Shown here piece by piece: positions 7,313 to 16,326 of a DNA stretch of 37,968 nt. Numbering within the stretch: position 1 is the first letter of the stretch; each line of letters starts with the position of its first letter. The translations under genes and the position numbers were made by a program. Below the pieces are notes generated by a model that ran no database searches, was not told the DNA's origin, and was given only the letters and a program-made list of their open reading frames with translations. The stretch is from a virus, in the IMG/VR virus record IMGVR_UViG_3300045988_169084; one strand, given 5' to 3'.

Positions 7313-10300
7313 TTATTTGGTCTGCCAGCCGTTATCTTTGAGCTTCTTGTTAACTCGCCTAAGTTCCCGGGAAAGCCTTCTGTATTCTACGCTACGTTCA
7401 CCATAGGTACTCTTGGCCTCACGCTTCTCTTTACGCAATCTACGTGCGCTTTGCAATAGTTTTTCTCTGGTGTCGTAGAAGGGGTTGAGGTCAGACCTCG
7501 TAGTCTTGGCCGCATTGTGCGCTTGGAGAGTGGCATTGGACAAGGAGCTGATGACTTCAAACACACGTCCCACAGTTTTCGCATTGGCGATATTAGCTCC
7601 AAGGCCAATCGTATCTCCCAGCGTCCGGCTAAGACCTGCCCCAACTTCAATCCATTCGTTTAGAGTCACGGCGTCCATGTCTTCCGTACTCTTCAATATG
7701 ACTTCGTAAGCTTGGGAAAGACCTCGTGCGGTTCTGCTAAAGTCCGTTAGCGTGTTAGGACGGGAGAAGACGTGGCCGCCTCCAAACGCATAGTAATCCA
7801 GCGCTTGGAACAAACCTGCGAATACAGGGGTGGCGACAAGCGGGCCAAGAGACATGTTGAAGAGAATCGTTTCTGCCGAGAATTCATCATCGTTATAGCT
7901 CGTGAAGAAGGAAGCCGCCATGCCCGAAATGGTATTAGCAAAGCCAACGATAGTCCACATGCGGATGAAGTTGGCAAGCTTCCTCATGGAGCTAATGTCG
8001 CCACGCTTGAACTGGCTGAAAAGAAGAGCTGACTTGTTCAGCATGTCGCTCATGAACAAGACTTGGTAAGATTCGTAAGCTGATCCTCCAAGTGTGCCAA
8101 TAGCGCGAGTAGATTGATTCTCAGGCTGGGCCGACTTTAGAATGTTAAGATTCAACTGGTCTATAATCTGCTCTTTCTTCAAGCCCCTATCATGCAGGAT
8201 TTGCGCGGCCATCATGTTGCCACGCTTTACGCACCACAGGTCAAAGTCAATCAATGCCGAGTTGCCGCACTCCTGCCAGTACATGACCTGAGCCTGCTTC
8301 TCCTTTGGGGCGTCCATAGCGGCTTTGATTACCGCCCTATCCTGATACGACAATGTGTCGCGAGCCTTCACGCCGTCCAGCTGGGACATCTCTTGGAGAG
8401 AAATAGGCTGAGGGTTGAATAGCCAGCTACCCATGCTCTTTATAATCTCAAGACTGCTAAAGTCCGATCCTACCAACGGATTGAAGAACGCCGCACCGCT
8501 CCGGCAAATGGAAGCCATAGAGTTAAAAATCTTCGTGCGGGCAAGAGTTCCAATCGCTTTGACGAAAAGCTCTCCGAATAATCCCTGCTGTGCACGGATG
8601 CGTCCTTCATTCAGGAAATTATAAAGGCCCTTGCTTGCCTGCTGGTAGTTCTCCTTGCCGATGACAAGCTGTATTTGTGCGGCCGTCTTCGTATTCAGCC
8701 AAACTTTGTTGAAGTACTCATTCAATTCAAGGGAAGACATCCAGCCTTCCGCTATCTGAGCGTACCTTTCAAACTCCTGAACCGGATTTACCAGCATAGT
8801 TATTTCCGCAGAAGCCGGGGTGCTTCTCTTCTTCATGAAGGCGGGCTTGCCGGAATAAGTTATCTGCCCGGGAGTGTACCCTTGAGAATCATAGAACCCG
8901 TCCCCTAATTGCCCCTCATGGGCCGTGGTGCGTGGAGTATAGAAGTCTTCCATCGTAGAGACCTGACCGAAGAAAGACTCTTCGATGCTGGCCACCCTCT
9001 GGCCTAGTTCACGATACGCCGTCTGAATGGAGCGTGCCAAGAACAACCCGTCCGGACCAAGCGCATTAATAAGCGCCTCCTGATCTTTAGCGAGCCTATC
9101 CTGAAACGCTTCTTCTGCATTATCCACTTCTGCCTCATACTCATCTTGAGTTATCTCCTTATTGGAGAGCTGTTCGTCTAATTGGGATATGCGGCGCTCC
9201 AGAAGAGCATAGTTCCCAAGATCAAGCTTGTAGTTGTTACGCAAGACTTTCACGCCATCAGACTCTTGCATGGTCTGATAAATCTTAATAAGCTGAGTCT
9301 TAACGTATTCTTCGCCCTTGAACTTAACAGGGGCGTTATTCATCTGGTAGAAATGGCGCGCGATTTGAGTTGTCGAATCAGTGTTCTTGATCCCTGCCAG
9401 TTTTGCCGCACCCTTAAGCCATGAAGAGATCATCGCATGCCGCTTCACTCGGGCATTGTCTCTCTGCATGGTTGCCCTCACTACCTCATTCAGCATGAAG
9501 TCACCGTTCCTTTTAAAGCCGGGCAGTGTTCCGAGGATTTCGGATAACTGAACGGTGGAAAGCATTCCTGTAAAGAAACTCTTTAACGAATTGTATTCTC
9601 CAGCTTCCTTGAGAAGATTTCTCAGATCATCCAGTTTCTTCTCTGTACCTACGGCCTTAGCTACTTCATCCTTAAACAGGTTAAGCTTCTGTTCGCGTCT
9701 CTCCAGCTCCTTCCTCCAGCGGAGGCGTCCCTCATCTTGAAGTTGCTTCAATGCGTCAAAAGCATTCTCCTGCTCTGCCAAGCTACGGACGAAGCTGTTC
9801 CCATCTTTGTAGAGAACAGAACCGAATGTATCAAGCAAGGAAATAGATTGCTGAATTTCTATTACTTGAGGGTCATTCGGGTTTTGAGTCTTGTTAATAG
9901 TCCTCTCAAGGAGGGCCTGCAATGCGTCTTGCTGGGCCTCTACCTTCTCTGGAGACATCTTCATCAGCTCCTCAACGGCAAGCGTGTTATAACGGCTCTG
10001 TGCGTCCAGCGTGGAGCTTACGCCCTTCCTATCTTTATAGGCTCTCTTTGCCAGCCGCTCCAGCCCCTCGGTAGTCTTGACTTGTTGGGCCGCCTCAGCA
10101 CGGAGCGCCGCCGCTTCTTCCTTGGAAGATTCTTTCAAGACCCTATCAACAATCTTCCTAACCTCACGTTGCGTACGGTTGAATTCGGCAGTTTGTATCT
10201 GGTTGTTGATAGCTTTAACTCCACGGTCTAGCGCCGTTTGAAGGGCATTCTCAAATTGTAGTTGGCTCTTCGGGTTAGCTAGTGTTTCAGCTAATGACCT

Positions 10301-13300
10301 TGGTATAAATGATTTACCATAACGGCTAATAGCATTCTCAAGAGTAAGGACGCTGTTAAACAATGCCTTCTGCTGGCGCGCCTGAGAGAACTTCCCAGCT
10401 ACTGCTTGCTCGGCAAGGCCCATGAAAGACTTGCGTATTGCCTTGAGACTGTTAATGGCCTGAGAAGAATTGCTCTCAAAGATATCTGCGATTGCCTTTT
10501 CAACGGTCTGGATTCCCGGACCTACACGCAAAGCGCTTGTTCTCTCCTGAACGGAAGGAAGGATCGCCGCCCCTGCCGCCTCATTAATCATGGACGCGAT
10601 GTCTCTGGCCTGCGTCTGGTCTGCCACATTAGCTAGAGACTGGGACCATTTAACAAAGTCTGCATCAAGAACTCCATCCTCAATGGCCTGCTTGATGCGC
10701 TGGCCTTCCTTAAAGATGTTCCCAACTTCTGCAATATTGTCCTTCTGCCATTCAAGGATGCTCTGCACATCCCCGGGAAGAGTACCGAACAGTTCCGGGT
10801 TAGTGGCAAGCGCTTTCCCCATAGTGGCTAAGGCTTCTTGCAAGATAACATCATCAGACAAGTTCCCAAAATCCCGGCCAGTGTACTCTCCATACTTGCG
10901 AATGGCGTTCTCAATATACTCCCGGGTGACTGCCCCCGTGGCAAGATCATACGTCGCATTGGCATGGATGACTTCTTCCAGAATGTCTAGTGGATTGGCT
11001 CTCCCTTCGATGACCGCTATTTGCCCAGCACGATACGCCGAAACAACCTCCAAATTATTAGCAACGTCCTCAACGGTAATTTCACCTGCATTGTATTGTT
11101 CTCGAAGTTCAGGGTTAGATTGAATGTAGGCTAGCGCCCTAGCCCTTGCCGTGGACTGGTTGATTCCTTCCGCATTCTGGATTGAGGAAAGAAGCTCGTC
11201 TTTGCTTATCTCAATGCCTTGACTCTCAATGGCAGGTTCAAGCTGTCTCTGAGCAAATAGATTCAGGGCTTGCACAAAAGAAGGATTGGACGCCAGCGTC
11301 TCGGAAAGATAAGTCCCAGCTACTTCGTCGGTGAGCGTCATGGTAGATTGCTGGCCGCTTTCAGGAGACGTCGTGGTGACGTCCCAAGTACCATCCCCGT
11401 TATCCTTGAACGTGGGCATCAATTCCACATTCTTGAAAAGGTCGGCATTCTTCGCGACGAAATTCAGCATCGCGGCTGAACTGCTACCTACTGTTTCTGG
11501 CGACTGGTTTACATTGGTAGTATTAAAGAGCGCCTCCTGAATTAGGTTGGAGCGCTCCTTGCCGTCAGGCATAGTAGCAATCTGGTGGGCTACATCACTT
11601 TCAATGCCTAGGGCTATAAGAGCTTGAGGGCTTCTGCCTACCTTGTTAACCAAATGATTGGCTTGTACACCACCGAGCGCGCCCATAGAACCGCCAAGAA
11701 CAACAGTAGGAATAAAGAATGCAGGGTCCAAAGGATTGTAATTCTCCCACCAGCCCCTAAGGGTATTCTGTTGAGTTAAATCTGCACCTAGGCTCCGGTA
11801 AAGATTTTCAACTCCAACATATACTGGGTCAGCAATGCTTTCTTGTACGGTTTCCGTTAAAGCACCTGCCGCCCCAGCACGACCTATACGTGCCAATGTC
11901 GATCTTTCTGCTATAGCTTCAACTCCTCTTATCGCAGTAGAACCAAGTCCAGTAGCTCGTACGCCTTTAACTGCTAGACCACCAGTAGACATTGTGAGAG
12001 AATCAAGAGCGCCTTCTAGTGAGCCTACCGTTAATCCATACGCGATTGCCCCTTCTCTACTAGAGTTTGATTTATAAGCATCGAGTCCGGCACTCGAGCC
12101 ATAGACCAATGACCCCATAGCTGTTGCTACGCTGTAAGTTGCAACTGGGTTCCTTGTTGCAATTCCTGTAGCTAAAGAAGACAAGCTGACGGCGGCAATT
12201 TTAGGAACATTATCAACTAAGTTCCTGACCCCCATACCCCAATTGCTCTCAGGCATGTCTCGCATGGAGCGATATTCTTTCTGGATAGCTAGAGCAAGAC
12301 GTTGAAATTTTTCTTCATCTTCGTCTTTCTCAGGAAGCATTCTTAAGAATGACCATATATCTTCATAGGTGTCGTTCAATGCTTGGACCAGCCATACTCT
12401 ATCGTCTTTGGGCAGGAATTCAGGAAGCATCTGAATAGCAATCTTGAACGAACCCGTATTCTCCCCAAGAGCTAGCAACCTGTCAGCCATCTTATCCCAA
12501 TCAAGGGAACCTTCTTTTATATACTCATCCTTAATCCATGAAGTAGCTTCATATGCCGCTTGATATTGCGTCCGCAAATAAGGGGAATTGTTGAAAATGG
12601 AGCGTCCATAAACTGAGTTAGGACCGAGAGAGTCAATGGCTTTCTCAAAGTCTCCTCCATTTTCCAAGAAGGCCGGAAGGAAATCTGCCTCTGCCTTGTA
12701 ATATCCTTCCTTTACTTCATTTGCCCTCTTTAAATCTTGAGAGTACTTATTAATGACGCCATTGATGCTGTCCGTCTTATATTCCCTCATGAGAATAGCG
12801 GCGGCCATCTCATCAGAAATACTCATGTTAGGGAACTTCACTTCCTTGATAGCTCCAAAAAGCTCTCTCTCTTTTGTAGCTTGGTCAGCGCTATTCCAAG
12901 ATGCTATCTGGTCAGCATTCAAAAGTTTCCCTAACTTATTATCGACAACTTCATCTGTATCAATATAAACGTAAAGTCCTTTTTCCGGTTGTATGTTTTG
13001 AGTTAATGCGGAAAAGATAGCGTTGGTCCTCTCTACCTTCTCTCTCCTTAGCTCAAATGTAGGGTCAATCCCTCTCTTCTTCAAGGAATCATTAAGCCGA
13101 AGGATTTCATCCATCATCGAGCTATCGAGAACATTGCTTTGCCTAAACTCCCGTTGAAGCTTTTTATAGGATTCCAAATCTTCGAGAGTTTCCCTACGCA
13201 AAGCATTTGCCCGACTCCCTAAGTAGTTAGCTCTTTCAGTTTCGCTAAGTTCTGCGTATCCCACTCCCTGCGCCCTGCGCTGTTCACGGGCGATAGCTTC

Positions 13301-13402
13301 TTGGTCGCCAGATATTCCAAGCGAAGGAATAACTGATTCATCCAAAGGAGGAGGAGTCACTCCTTCGTCATCAGGCAATACGGGTTCGATAGGCTCGTCC
13401 AT
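7313..13402 (-). CDS. giant internal virion / ejection protein (2029 aa; T7 gp16-position analogue)
   Basis: Single uninterrupted ORF, Ala/Gln/Glu-rich and helical. It is the last of three consecutive internal-protein genes before the tail fiber. Confidence 0.5.
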   Translation of the reverse strand: MDEPIEPVLPDDEGVTPPPLDESVIPSLGISGDQEAIAREQRRAQGVGYAELSETERANYLGSRANALRRETLEDLESYKKLQREFRQSNVLDSSMMDEILRLNDSLKKRGIDPTFELRREKVERTNAIFSALTQNIQPEKGLYVYIDTDEVVDNKLGKLLNADQIASWNSADQATKERELFGAIKEVKFPNMSISDEMAAAILMREYKTDSINGVINKYSQDLKRANEVKEGYYKAEADFLPAFLENGGDFEKAIDSLGPNSVYGRSIFNNSPYLRTQYQAAYEATSWIKDEYIKEGSLDWDKMADRLLALGENTGSFKIAIQMLPEFLPKDDRVWLVQALNDTYEDIWSFLRMLPEKDEDEEKFQRLALAIQKEYRSMRDMPESNWGMGVRNLVDNVPKIAAVSLSSLATGIATRNPVATYSVATAMGSLVYGSSAGLDAYKSNSSREGAIAYGLTVGSLEGALDSLTMSTGGLAVKGVRATGLGSTAIRGVEAIAERSTLARIGRAGAAGALTETVQESIADPVYVGVENLYRSLGADLTQQNTLRGWWENYNPLDPAFFIPTVVLGGSMGALGGVQANHLVNKVGRSPQALIALGIESDVAHQIATMPDGKERSNLIQEALFNTTNVNQSPETVGSSSAAMLNFVAKNADLFKNVELMPTFKDNGDGTWDVTTTSPESGQQSTMTLTDEVAGTYLSETLASNPSFVQALNLFAQRQLEPAIESQGIEISKDELLSSIQNAEGINQSTARARALAYIQSNPELREQYNAGEITVEDVANNLEVVSAYRAGQIAVIEGRANPLDILEEVIHANATYDLATGAVTREYIENAIRKYGEYTGRDFGNLSDDVILQEALATMGKALATNPELFGTLPGDVQSILEWQKDNIAEVGNIFKEGQRIKQAIEDGVLDADFVKWSQSLANVADQTQARDIASMINEAAGAAILPSVQERTSALRVGPGIQTVEKAIADIFESNSSQAINSLKAIRKSFMGLAEQAVAGKFSQARQQKALFNSVLTLENAISRYGKSFIPRSLAETLANPKSQLQFENALQTALDRGVKAINNQIQTAEFNRTQREVRKIVDRVLKESSKEEAAALRAEAAQQVKTTEGLERLAKRAYKDRKGVSSTLDAQSRYNTLAVEELMKMSPEKVEAQQDALQALLERTINKTQNPNDPQVIEIQQSISLLDTFGSVLYKDGNSFVRSLAEQENAFDALKQLQDEGRLRWRKELERREQKLNLFKDEVAKAVGTEKKLDDLRNLLKEAGEYNSLKSFFTGMLSTVQLSEILGTLPGFKRNGDFMLNEVVRATMQRDNARVKRHAMISSWLKGAAKLAGIKNTDSTTQIARHFYQMNNAPVKFKGEEYVKTQLIKIYQTMQESDGVKVLRNNYKLDLGNYALLERRISQLDEQLSNKEITQDEYEAEVDNAEEAFQDRLAKDQEALINALGPDGLFLARSIQTAYRELGQRVASIEESFFGQVSTMEDFYTPRTTAHEGQLGDGFYDSQGYTPGQITYSGKPAFMKKRSTPASAEITMLVNPVQEFERYAQIAEGWMSSLELNEYFNKVWLNTKTAAQIQLVIGKENYQQASKGLYNFLNEGRIRAQQGLFGELFVKAIGTLARTKIFNSMASICRSGAAFFNPLVGSDFSSLEIIKSMGSWLFNPQPISLQEMSQLDGVKARDTLSYQDRAVIKAAMDAPKEKQAQVMYWQECGNSALIDFDLWCVKRGNMMAAQILHDRGLKKEQIIDQLNLNILKSAQPENQSTRAIGTLGGSAYESYQVLFMSDMLNKSALLFSQFKRGDISSMRKLANFIRMWTIVGFANTISGMAASFFTSYNDDEFSAETILFNMSLGPLVATPVFAGLFQALDYYAFGGGHVFSRPNTLTDFSRTARGLSQAYEVILKSTEDMDAVTLNEWIEVGAGLSRTLGDTIGLGANIANAKTVGRVFEVISSLSNATLQAHNAAKTTRSDLNPFYDTREKLLQSARRLRKEKREAKSTYGERSVEYRRLSRELRRVNKKLKDNGWQTK

Positions 13403-13403
13403 T

Positions 13404-15395
13404 TTATCTATTCCAATAAGAGATCAAAGCTGAATATATAGCTTGTTCATCCTCGTCGCTCAAGCCGTTATTTACCCGGAGAAACCTAGCCCTTCTTTCC
13501 GCTTCATTATCCATCGCGTCAGCAGAAGGCTTCTGCAAATAGAATTGATCTATTTCCAATAACTTTCTCGAACCTCCAGAAGATTTATACATATCCTTTG
13601 ACAAGAGAGGCGTTTTAATAGGCTCTCCTGATGAAGAAGAAACTTCATAAATTGAACTGTTGGGAGTCCCAAGAGTCACGACAAAACCACCATTAGGCAT
13701 CTCAGGAAGTTCCGTTTTATCTCCAAGGGTAAAGTTCTGATCTAATGCGATTACTCTGGTAGCGCTTTGCATAGGACCAACGACATCTTCTTCTTGTTGA
13801 AACGCCGAGAAGTAAGAAGTGAACCCCCTAGTGGGAATGCCTGATTCCTTTGAGATTTGAGAAATGGTATCAGCAAGAATCTTGTAACGCTCCTGTTCGG
13901 TCGGAGTCTTGCCGCCGTTCTGCCCCATGAAATCGTACACTTGCTGGGTCGCCTGTGCCCTGACTTGGCCGATGAAGTTCTTAAAGCTTGCATCGTTTTG
14001 AAGGTTAGGAATTTTCTCTCTAACTACATACCTCTTCGCCAAAGTTTCCGGGTCTTCATAGGCACGGCTTTCTGTCTTATCCAGATAATATTGCTTGTTC
14101 TTCCCAACGAAGCTATTATTAAACTCCGCCTCTGTCATGTAGATTGGGGTACCGTTCTTATCTACATAATCTTTCCCAGTATAAAGTGGATATTTGCCTG
14201 TGTCCCATACCCGCTCAACCCACGTTTTCGCATCATCCAGATAGGAAGGCGGCGTGTGCGTCTTCATCAGGTTAATCAAAGACGTCTGATCGTTGGAAGA
14301 AAAGTTGGCTTGCTTTAACGTGGTTCTCAACTGGTTCTCCAAGTTGGCCCTTTGTTCTGGCGTGGCATTCTGGTAAGAAGGGATCATGCTCGCCGCATAT
14401 TTACTAGCTCTAGCAAACTCGGCAGAAGTCGGAGGGATGTTCGCGGTATTCTGCTTGTACATCCTCCAAAGCGTAGCAAACTGCTGGGTATTAATGCCAT
14501 TAACTTCCAATGACTGCTTTGCCTGTTCAATGGAAAATCCTTCTGGAGCCAGCATGAACTGTTCAACAAGAGAGTTGTAGTTCTTCTTCTGGTCTTCATT
14601 GATAAAGGACCGCGCCTGATTGATCCCGTATTGCTGTTGTTCGTAGGAAAGCGCTCTACCTCGAACAGACCCTTTCGTCTGGATTTCCTCGAGCAATCCA
14701 TATGGGTTGGTCAAAGCCATTTGCTGGACCTCATCAGTAGTCCTCGCTTGGTCAATTGTGAAGTTAAGCTTCATCTTCTGAGCATCGCTAAGATAAGGAG
14801 TCTCTTCCGTGATGCGTGAAGCTTCATCAAACTGCCCGCTTTTAATCGCAATATCAATAGCGGCATTAGTTTCGTCAGCCGCCATCTGTGAGACACGTAG
14901 CGCCGCAGTCCTAGCAACCTGCACCGCCTCTTTAGCTTTGATCTGATTCAAGGCTTCATCGGTCAGCAATCTGTTCTTGCCGACCAAGAAAGCGCCGTCA
15001 AACCTAGTATTAATATCTTCTTGAGCTAAGGCCATCCTCTCCTGATAAACCTGAGTCCACATGCTCGGCTTGTTCATGTATTCAGGATCGGTAGATAAAG
15101 ACGAAATGATCTTAGCAGAAGCATTTGTAAGCTCAGCCTGCATGCGCCTAGACATGATACTGTCGTTAACCGTCTCAACTTCTGCCTTGGCTTTCCCGAT
15201 TAAGGAGAGACCTTCTGTTAAATTCCTCGCCGCACGATTGCTTGTCTCCGCATTAAATTCACTGCCGATCGGAACAAAGCGCGACACATCGCTTTGCCCC
15301 GTAGAAGCATAACGATTGTCCGGTGACCCCGGCATCGTTGCGTTTCTCGCCTGACTCGGAACTCCAAGACGAATGTTTCTTGTATCTTCTGCCAT
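13404..15395 (-). CDS. internal virion protein (663 aa; gp15-position analogue)
   Basis: Gene order and size. Its stop overlaps the next start (ATAAAATG context). Confidence 0.45.
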   Translation of the reverse strand: MAEDTRNIRLGVPSQARNATMPGSPDNRYASTGQSDVSRFVPIGSEFNAETSNRAARNLTEGLSLIGKAKAEVETVNDSIMSRRMQAELTNASAKIISSLSTDPEYMNKPSMWTQVYQERMALAQEDINTRFDGAFLVGKNRLLTDEALNQIKAKEAVQVARTAALRVSQMAADETNAAIDIAIKSGQFDEASRITEETPYLSDAQKMKLNFTIDQARTTDEVQQMALTNPYGLLEEIQTKGSVRGRALSYEQQQYGINQARSFINEDQKKNYNSLVEQFMLAPEGFSIEQAKQSLEVNGINTQQFATLWRMYKQNTANIPPTSAEFARASKYAASMIPSYQNATPEQRANLENQLRTTLKQANFSSNDQTSLINLMKTHTPPSYLDDAKTWVERVWDTGKYPLYTGKDYVDKNGTPIYMTEAEFNNSFVGKNKQYYLDKTESRAYEDPETLAKRYVVREKIPNLQNDASFKNFIGQVRAQATQQVYDFMGQNGGKTPTEQERYKILADTISQISKESGIPTRGFTSYFSAFQQEEDVVGPMQSATRVIALDQNFTLGDKTELPEMPNGGFVVTLGTPNSSIYEVSSSSGEPIKTPLLSKDMYKSSGGSRKLLEIDQFYLQKPSADAMDNEAERRARFLRVNNGLSDEDEQAIYSALISYWNR

Positions 15396-15396
15396 A

Positions 15397-16326
15397 TTAA
15401 GAGAACCCTCCGATTGATGAACCTATCTTGGAACCTGCTCGCATTCCTACAGGGCCGCCTACAACGGCTCCTATGGTGCTTCCTATGATAGAACCCCACA
15501 TTGAAGTGCGAGCTTGCTTAGCGGCCTTCCTAGCCTGTCCTGCACGCCATGACATGACGCGCGATCGGTACATGGTATCTTGCCTCCTCTGTTCTGCCTC
15601 TCTTTCGGAGTCTGCGATCTGTTGCTCGAACTTGCTCATCGTGCCACGTTGCACGGCCTCAATGGAACCCGAGGTAGGGGCAAAGCCCGTACGCACTGCC
15701 GCCACGCGCTGTTGCGTTAAATACCTTTCCTGATTGCCACGGAGACGCATCATGTTTGTCCCGGCGATCTTGTAAGCGGACTCCGACCTTTCAGCTAATG
15801 CCTGCGCCTGAATATTGTACCCACGTTCGGCAATTTGATACTGGTGTTCTTTGTTAAGATTATCTAGTACATCTCCAAGAACATTGCTAGCCGCACTCCA
15901 CGTCTGAGAATTATTGCCGAACTCCGGCTGAACTTGGTTGTATGTAAGCGGCTGGTTGCTAATAGGTACCGTGCTTGCAGTAGTATTAATGGACGCCACA
16001 CGAGGTTGCATCTCAACGCCATATGTCGAAGACGTCGGCGCAGGTTGGGGCATCTCCGGGTAACCTAATTCGGGAAGAGGAGCATAAGAAGCGGATACTG
16101 CCGTTTCTCCGCTGTCATAATAACCCGGCAACAATCCATCCCCGTATGTAAGATTCGGCACAACTGAATTTTCAATCCAGCTAGGCCAGCTTATCAAAGA
16201 GTCATCTGCCCACCCAAGGTTATCATACGAGGTTGGAATCATAAATGATATATGCTGATAAGACGTCCGTGTTCTTTGCGTCCGTAAACGCGAAATACAA
16301 TCTGGTATCGGTGGATGAAGGGCCAC
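15397..16326 (-). CDS. internal virion protein (309 aa; gp14-position analogue) with a Gly-rich C-terminal hydrophobic segment
   Basis: C-terminal 'GSIIGSTIGAVVGGPVGMRAGSKIGSSIGG' glycine-zipper-like tail. The annotated start lies 104 bp inside the upstream gene, so the real start is probably an internal Met. Confidence 0.4.
   Translation of the reverse strand: MALHPPIPDCISRLRTQRTRTSYQHISFMIPTSYDNLGWADDSLISWPSWIENSVVPNLTYGDGLLPGYYDSGETAVSASYAPLPELGYPEMPQPAPTSSTYGVEMQPRVASINTTASTVPISNQPLTYNQVQPEFGNNSQTWSAASNVLGDVLDNLNKEHQYQIAERGYNIQAQALAERSESAYKIAGTNMMRLRGNQERYLTQQRVAAVRTGFAPTSGSIEAVQRGTMSKFEQQIADSEREAEQRRQDTMYRSRVMSWRAGQARKAAKQARTSMWGSIIGSTIGAVVGGPVGMRAGSKIGSSIGGFS

Noticed and set aside
6294-11123. 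Plus-strand ORFs inside the minus-strand structural genes (6294..6647, 6768..7181, 9737..10231, 10590..11123, 20468..21367, 24046..24918 and others)
   Set aside because: They are fully embedded antisense to long, well-formed genes that follow a canonical virion gene order. Their compositions are skewed (Ser/Arg/Leu-rich) and they have no start contexts. These are shadow ORFs.
16223-16326. 104-bp overlap between the 1013-aa tail gene and the next gene, as a possible programmed frameshift fusion
   Set aside because: An internal Met (MIPTSYDN...) offers a simpler start for the downstream gene. I could not identify any slippery heptamer.
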